DNA of 64,000 nt from Piedraia hortae CBS 480.64. Lineage: Eukaryota. The stretch covers positions 1-64,000 of the forward strand of contig MU006010.1 of the NCBI GenBank assembly GCA_010093745.1, read 5' to 3'. Shown piece by piece: positions 57,006-64,000 of this stretch. Numbering within the stretch: position 1 is the first letter of the stretch; every line of letters starts with the position of its first letter. Under the pieces are notes generated by a model. That model was given only the letters and a program-made list of their open reading frames with translations, made no database searches and had not been told where the DNA came from. The translations under genes and the position numbers were made by a program.

Positions 57006-58410
57006 ATGAGCTGGAAAGGGTTCCAAAAGGGCGTCGTGCGGGCGCCGCAGCAGATTAAACAGAGATTTAGCGTCGGCGAATTAACCAAAGATGCGATTTA
57101 CATTGACGCCGAGCGGCGCTTTGCCGATCTGGAGAAGGAGACCAAGAAGCTGCACGATGAATCGCAAAAGTACTTCAACGCCATCAACAGCATGTTGGAC
57201 CACCAGATTGAGTTTGCCAAAGCCTGTGCCGAGATTTACAAGCCCATTTCGGGCCGCGCATCCGACCCGGACTCGTACGTGATTGATGGGAACCCGGAGG
57301 GCATCCGCGCCTGCGAGGAGTACGAGGTCATCGTCAACGAGCTCAAGGCCAGCCTGCAGCCGGAGCTGGAGATGATCGAGAGCCGTGTGGTGAAGCCGGC
57401 AGACGAGCTGATGGACATCATTAAGGTGGTGCGCAAGGCCACGGCGAAGCGCGACAACAAGCAGTTGGACTACGACCGGCACCGGGCAACGCTAAAGAAG
57501 CTGCAGGACAAGAAGGACAAGAGCCTCAAGGATGAGAAGGCGCTTTACAAGGCCGAAAACGACGTCGAACTGGCGACGCAGGAGTACGAGTACTACAACA
57601 ACATGCTCAAGGAGGAGCTGCCGCAGCTGTTTCGATTGGAAAAGGAATTTATTCTGCCGCTGTTCCAGAGCTTCTATTACATGCAATTAAATGTTTTTTA
57701 CACGCTGCACGAGAAGATGCAGAACATAGACATTGGCTATTTCAACCTCCAGCTAGGCATCGAGGAGGCATTTGAGGCGAAACGGGGCGATGTGCAGGCC
57801 CAGATTGAGGCGTTGGGCATGACACGGTTCAAGACCACGGGCGGGCCTCGGAGACCTCTTAGCAAGTACAATTCGGGACGGCTAGCCATTGAAAATGGGC
57901 GGCCAGGCTCCTCGGGACGTCTGGCGATTGAAAACGGGCGTCCAAGCTCTTCGGGTAGGCTGGCCATAGAGAACAGTGACACAGGTCATAGGAGGGCAAC
58001 CCACAGTTCGTACGACCAGCCGCCGCCGCCGTACTCGCCGCATGCGGGAAATCTCAGTGCCGGTTCCCCCGACGTCAACCGCTCAGTGTCCACAGGCTCC
58101 AACTGGACCAGTGCAGCCAGAGCCAAAGGGAAACCCGCTCCTCCGCCGCCTAAGCCTAAACCCGCTGCCCTTTCTAAGCCCCCTGTTGAAACGTGTGAGG
58201 CCCTCTTCGACTACGATGCCCAGGCTGCCGATGACTTGTCGTTCAAGCAGGGCGATGTCATCACCATTGTCCAACGGTCAGATAACACAAACGAGTGGTG
58301 GAAGGGAAAACTCAATGGAGCAGAGGGTGTATTTCCTGGTAAGTTTTATATTCCGACGCGTTGGGGGCTTGCTGACAGGAACAGCAAACTATGTTCGACT
58401 CCGACCGTAG
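57006..58410 (+). CDS. RVS167: Rvs167/amphiphysin, N-BAR + SH3; terminal intron about 58339-58385
   Basis: MSWKGFQKGVVRAPQ amphipathic helix, BAR domain KRDNKQLDYDR, and SH3 ALFDY...DLSF...WWKG...GVFP|ANYV. Confidence 0.92.
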
Positions 58411-58791
58411 TATGGCCTAAGGGTGAGCATGTTACGCAAACATGGCTGTTGAACAGAGGTAAAGAGCAGGGAACAAGACGGCAACACTCGGTATAAGCAT
58501 GAGTAATTTCCATTCGCAATGAAACACCTGTAGAGGAGTTCTTAGTCCGGCCAGAGGGCATCGCCGGGCATGTTCTTCGCGATCAAATTCCACAACATAT
58601 TTTCCTACATGTTTTCCGCAGCTCCCGAGTTTGATATGGCAATCCATTTGATCCAATAACATCTGGTGATGTTCCATAACGAAAGCGGTGCAGATGCCAA
58701 GAAAAAGGCGGAACGGGCCGAAACTGGTGGGGACCTGTATCTATACATCAGGCGGCCATACATACAGTACAAACAACACCACAATTTCGAC

Positions 58792-59514
58792 ATGGAAGTA
58801 GACCGACTTCTGGCGCGATTAGATAAGACACTTGGCAATGATTCCTCGCATCTCTCGCAACTTGACCGCAACCGCATCGGCGCAAATGTCGACTATGCGC
58901 GCATGCTACTGCTCTCACAAGGAAAGAAAGCGCCCAGCACAGGGGTGCAGCAGAGTCTAGCGGTCGTGAAGCGGCTAGAGGCACGGTTAAAGGAGCTAAA
59001 TGCGCTTGGAGACGACAGTGAAGAAAGCGAGACCGAACATTCGCCGGCTAAACCTGACCCTCAAGTATCAAATACCCCACCGGAAGCAAAAATACGCCAG
59101 CGTCGTCCTCTTGTGGCCTCGGACAATAGAAGTGCAGCTTTGACCTCTGCACTGGAAGAGCTTTTTTCTTCCCGGCCTAGATCTAATGCTACGCACGAAA
59201 CAATCATGACCCACAACCGCACCGAGCAAGAGACGCTATCGACTTCGCTTCTGTCACTCGCGCAGCAACTAAAAGAATCTGCACAGCAAGTTGGGGCGAG
59301 CATTGCGGGCGAGAAGGAGACACTAGATCGGGCTGTGAGCGGGCTAGACAAGAGCTCCCAAGGCATGGAGTTGGCGCAAGAGCGAATGGGTCGATTGCGA
59401 CGAATGGCCGAGGGGAAAAATTGGTGGGACCGCATCAAACTGTACTGCATCATCGTCGGTCTTTGGCTGGCGTGTTTTTTCCTCGTCTTTGTGATGCCCA
59501 AATTACGATTTTAA
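58792..59514 (+). CDS. USE1: Use1-like ER t-SNARE with C-terminal TM anchor
   Basis: LLARLD, RIGANVDYARMLL, HNRTEQETLSTSLLSLAQQLK SNARE coil, and TM ending MPKLRF. Confidence 0.8.
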   Translation: MEVDRLLARLDKTLGNDSSHLSQLDRNRIGANVDYARMLLLSQGKKAPSTGVQQSLAVVKRLEARLKELNALGDDSEESETEHSPAKPDPQVSNTPPEAKIRQRRPLVASDNRSAALTSALEELFSSRPRSNATHETIMTHNRTEQETLSTSLLSLAQQLKESAQQVGASIAGEKETLDRAVSGLDKSSQGMELAQERMGRLRRMAEGKNWWDRIKLYCIIVGLWLACFFLVFVMPKLRF

Positions 59515-59664
59515 TGCATCGAAGCAATTCCCCGCATCAACATGACCAGAGATATTCAGCCAATTGATGCTACTCAATCGACTCGGGCTGATGCCTCTGA
59601 AGACCAGCTCCCAACTAGTACTTGTACAAGAGGGCACAAACGAACAAGATTATGATAAACCGAC

Positions 59665-61256
59665 TTATACATCAAACACCACTCCCCAATCCGGCACGGG
59701 ATAGTCCATCCTTTGCTCCTTCAAACCCTCAATCTGCCAACCTCTCCATTTCTCCAGCCCTCGCTTAATCTCCCTGACCCTCTCCACCCTCTTCTTTGCC
59801 TCCTCCTCCTGTGCTTGCCTGAACGCTTCAGGGTCGATCTCTCCGTCATGGTCAAGCAGGCCCAGGCTCTGAGTCCTTGCGCGGCCGCGTCTCGCAAAAG
59901 CAGAGAATCCCGATGTGATGACATCCTGGAAGGTGGATGATTGACGGAAAGAGGAGCGTCTCGCGGATACAGAGTCGAGGTCGACATCTTCGTAGAATTC
60001 CTGATCGTCCATGGACGGCTGAAGCTCCGCACGTCTCTGTCTCCACACGCCCCTGCGGAGATCAGCGTTTTCGCTTTCGAGTTCTCTGATATGGGACCGG
60101 AGCTTCTCAACCTCGAGTTCATGGGAGTCGAGTTCAAAGTCTGATCCCTGGTCAGGTCGAGGCGAGCTGTGTGCCTTTTCCTTTTCCTTTTCCTTTTCCT
60201 TTTCCTTTTCCTTTTCCTTNNNNNNNNNNNNNNNNNNNNNNNNNNNNNNNNNNNCCTTTTCCTTTTCCTTTTCCTTTTCCTTTTCCTTTTCCTTTTCCTT
60301 GGCAACTGCATCCCGGTGTAGCTTGGCTAGCGTCTCTACTTTTTGCTCCAATCCGCTGGCTTTTGAGCGTGCGGCGTCGAGGTTGGCTCGCATTTCACGT
60401 AGCTCCGCCTCCAGTTCGCCGACTCGTTTTGTCGAAACGGTAGATTCGCCCTCGGGCTTGGTGCTGGATGCCTTGAGTTGGTCAAGTTTCCGCTTCAACT
60501 CCTCCGTTGCTGATTCGGCTGTCCGCGTCTTCTCCTCGGCTGCTTTGATCTTGCCGTCACGCTCTGCCATTTTTTCCTCGGCTTTTTTGAGCTGCAAGCG
60601 CAGGTTGCTTGTTTCCAGCTCCAGCGATTCGACCATGGCCGTCTTGCTTGCAAGCTGATCATTGGCATCTGGGGTGACAAAGGACGCCCGACGACTGGCT
60701 CCCTTTGCTGCATGCTGGGCCTGGACAAGCTGCCGTTGTGCAGATTCGAGTTCTGCAGCCAGACTGTCGGCCTCTTTGGCTTTGCTTCGTATAGCTGCAA
60801 TCTCACTGCTGTTTTCGCGCAATTTCTCCAGTTCTTCCTCCGTCTTGATCTGACGGGCTGCGCTTTCTTCATTTTGGACCTTGAGCGACTTGTTCTCCCG
60901 CTCCAGCTCTTCTATACGAGCGCTCTGCTTCTTGCACAGCTCCCGCACTTCCTCGCTTGGGCCGCTGACGGAACGCATGGACGCGGATCGCGACTTGGAC
61001 TGCGGCAGTTTCCCTCCATCAGCGGCCGCGTCCGTCTTGGTCACGGCTGCCTTCGGTTCTTCGGCTTTTGCTGTCTCAGCCTCTTCGGTTTTGACCCCGT
61101 CATCTTCCTCCTTCAGCTTCTTCTTGCCCTTCTTCTGCTCCTTTTTCAGTTGTTCAAACTGCTGGCGTCAGCTGAGACCGCGGGGATGCAAGACCATCGT
61201 ACCCGCTTCTTGGCTGCTGCCAATTTTTCTGCCTTTTCCTTATCGTCTTCCGCCAT
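59665..61256 (-). CDS. Coiled-coil (golgin-like) protein; 1 intron; contains a (KE)n tract and a gap
   Basis: MAEDDKEKAEKLAAARKR|FEQLKK N-terminus, long heptad region, and C-terminal RVREIKRGLEKWRGW...GVVFDV. Confidence 0.8.
60174..60300. repeat. (CCTTTT)n hexamer microsatellite encoding poly-KE, spanning a 35-N gap (60220-60254)
   Basis: Perfect CCTTTT repeats on both sides of the N run. Confidence 0.95.
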
Positions 61257-61720
61257 GGTTTGGGAAGGTCGAGTGAGTGCAACCAATTGTGGCCGAATGC
61301 CGCGACTTTTGCCCTCCTTTACTTGATGATGACGTTATGCTCGTCACGGATGTCACCGACGCCTTGGCATGTTTCACACATTCATTCCACGCTGGATTTT
61401 GGCAACTGATCAGAACAGACCGGAGATGGATTCTAACTGTAGGTCTTCAGACTACTTTGAAATTTCTATGGGAATACAGGTTGCTTAGGGGCACAAGTTG
61501 TCATCGGAATCGAGAGCCACCGGATTAGATCTCATCTCAGTATGTAGGCAGAGTTTTCCCAACCACTCTCATACTCCCATCCTCCCTCCCAAGCCAAGCA
61601 AATCAACAATAGTAAAAACGACAACACGTCCATGACTCCCATTCGTGCATCCCAGTCAATCCCTTCGTTCCATAGCTCAATATGATGCTCATGAAATGAA
61701 AATGTCCTGCAAAGAAAGAA

Positions 61721-63751
61721 TCACGAGGCTCTATTCGATGATCTTGTCAAGGTTCCGACGCTTCCCACCCTTCCACTCGTCTTGCGAACGCTAGTCTTGC
61801 CTTCTGTGCTTCGTCTGTGGGCCGAGGACCGTTTGCTAACGCTTAAGACGCCCATGCCACTGCCGCTTTTGGCGCCTGGTGTCTTGGGGCGCGTCGGGCT
61901 TAGCTGCGCGTCTATCATGTTGTAATCAGACCCGTCTGGTTGGTTCTCCAGATCGCTTCCGCTGTCGGGCAGATCCCACCTCGTCGTGGTCGTCGTTGTC
62001 GTGATGCACGAGACGGCGCGCCGTTTACCAGACCTACTGAGTGGCGATTGCGAGCCGGGCCTGTCGTCCTCGCTTTCTTCCAGCGTTCGTGTTGTGCGTT
62101 CCATGCTGATGAACTCCGTCTTGGGCTTGGGCTCAAACGGTTTGTTCTCTGTCAGGACCCTGCGGCCGGTAAACAGCTTGTTGGTTTTACGCGGCTGTCC
62201 TGGTGTCGGTGCAGGGAGATTTTCCTCCGACACACCGACGCTGCCCTTGATGTCAACACCGGTCGCCAGCGGACCGTCGGTGGCTACGCCTTGCTCGTTA
62301 TTGGTAATTTCTCCGAGGGCCGCGCGGCGTGGGCTGGCCAGTCGTTCACCATTTGGCGGAGGCGTGCACGTCTGTCCGTTGCTGGCCACACGCCGACTGG
62401 AACGATTGGCGCGTGCCGGTGTCGCTGGTTGCATGCTGGCCATCAGCTTGGCCTTGATTGTGTCCTCGAACCACCACTCCCTGAACGTTCCCTGGTTCAA
62501 ATGGAGCCAGTGCTGCTGCGGCCCAACCACCATGCCCGGTCTCATAAATCGCATATAAGCAATTACTTCGTTGGCAGTGAAGCCATGGCGGTAAATCAGA
62601 TATGCGCCAATAAGGCAGCCCGTGCGGCCCAGGCCAGCCTTACAGTGAACGGCAATGCCTTTGTGCTTATCATTGATCATGCTGTGTGCGAGATTGACAA
62701 ACTTGCGGACCAAGGTCAGCGGCGGGCAAGTGCCATCGTCAAATATCATATCCAAATGTTTGATCCCCAATGCCGTAAAATAGCTGGGCGAGTACAGCTC
62801 TGAATTGAGACGCACAACGAGCCCGATTTTACGCTCCGCAAAGTGCGTCAGCACGTTCTTGAACGGCTCGGGCAGCGTTGTATCGCGGCTGAGGGCTGAA
62901 AGCGACCGCGGCAGCGTCTGGTACCTGGCATCCGTCGGCTCAATCACGTCTACTGGCTGATGTTGGGGACTGGCAAACGCCAAGAAGTCGGGCGAGATCC
63001 AGTTGAAGTCGCCCTGGTCCACTCTCTCAAACCGCTCGTATTCGTCCAGGTTGAAGTCCTTGAGATTAACCAAGCCCTCCTCTTTGGCCTTCCACACGCC
63101 ATACACAACATCCTGTATGGTCAAAGAGTAGTCTGCCATGCTGTAACCAGCATCTCGAAACGGCATGCACGGCGGATCCATCTGGGAAATGGGCGCCAGT
63201 GCAAGATGCGGAGGCCATGACTGCAATACCACCATGTAAGTTGCCAGCACACAAGCAGCATTTGCTCGACCTGCCCCCGTCAGTTCAGGACTCACAGAAC
63301 AGTGTTGGGAAAACTTACTCCGCGAATCTGCGTGGCTCCAAAATACCACCGGCCGTCCTTCATTGTCAGGGTGGCTCAGCACATCGTGCAGATAGACGGC
63401 AAAGCGGAACAAATGCCCAATGTGCAATGGGCCAAAGTCCATGTGGAACGCATTGTAACGCAAACAACCGTCAATGGAAAAATAGCAAGGGGGCAGGCGC
63501 GGAGCGCGAGGAGCTGATGATGCTCGCTTGGACCGCTTTGGAGTTTTGGACGCTCTAGAGGGATATGGAAACGGAGTGTTTTCGTCTGGCGCATGTGTGT
63601 ATGCGGCAAGATACAGCCGGTCTGATCATGTTAGCTGCATACGCACCCAGCCCATCAAGGCCACCTTACCCGCAATGTATTCGATAATCTGCCCTATGTT
63701 GGCTGCCGAAACCGCCTGCTCCCCCGCAGCGGCTCGCGGGCTGACTGGCAT
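61721..63751 (-). CDS. CDC14: Cdc14 dual-specificity protein phosphatase; 2 introns
   Basis: IIEYIA|DRLYLA, DFGPLHIGHL, PFRDAG, FDDGTCP, HCKAGLGRTG and RPGMVVGPQQ. Confidence 0.96.
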
Positions 63752-64000
63752 TTCAAGCTGCAGTGTACACTGTGTGATCGCACAGCTAAAGTCGCGCCGA
63801 GGAATCTGGGCAGCAGGCGAGCCTAAAATTGGCTTAGAGGTAGTGGTATGAATGCGGTGTTTGAAGTTGCGCGGAACGTGGTCTGTTTTGATGTCGCTCA
63901 CCCTGGAAATGCCGGGGATGACAAACCCGTCGTCCGGGCAACGCCAGTCCTGGCAACGCAGAACCTGGGGTATGCCTGGAAACCTAAACCTGGAATAGCT

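Noticed and set aside
30446..63751. Two 'Cdc14' genes as a duplication
   Set aside because: They share only a name. One is the SIN scaffold and the other the phosphatase, with no sequence similarity.

Overview
Eukaryotic, intron-containing DNA from a filamentous ascomycete (Pezizomycotina). Class-level placement is a guess, possibly Eurotiomycetes/Chaetothyriales. The window is very gene-dense: about 37 protein-coding genes plus one intron-containing tRNA-Leu(UAA) in 64 kb, with most introns 40-60 nt and several intergenic gaps under 200 bp. Most genes are conserved housekeeping genes: ARF6, GT8, MFS, PSD2, BZZ1, DBP5, NNT1/EFM7, KTI12, MIC10, NFS1, GT31, SIN-type Cdc14, transketolase, RPL22, GPX, NHP2, GGPP synthase, PMP3, Ato/GPR1 transporter, BMT6, Pom1-like DYRK, OBG GTPase, RVS167, USE1 and Cdc14 phosphatase. 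There are also three C2H2-type and one copper-fist transcription factor candidates and a few orphans. I see no transposon, CRISPR array, secondary-metabolite cluster or clearly new multi-gene system. The strongest lead is an orphan ORF split by one in-frame TAG that would read as DD-W-EEI if it were TGG (editing, readthrough or nonsense mutation). Other leads are two GC-AG introns, a zinc finger formed only across a splice junction, stop-to-stop abutting genes, and a PacC/CreA-motif-rich 1.6 kb divergent promoter. All gene models and family calls come from reading by eye and motif recall; no database search was run.
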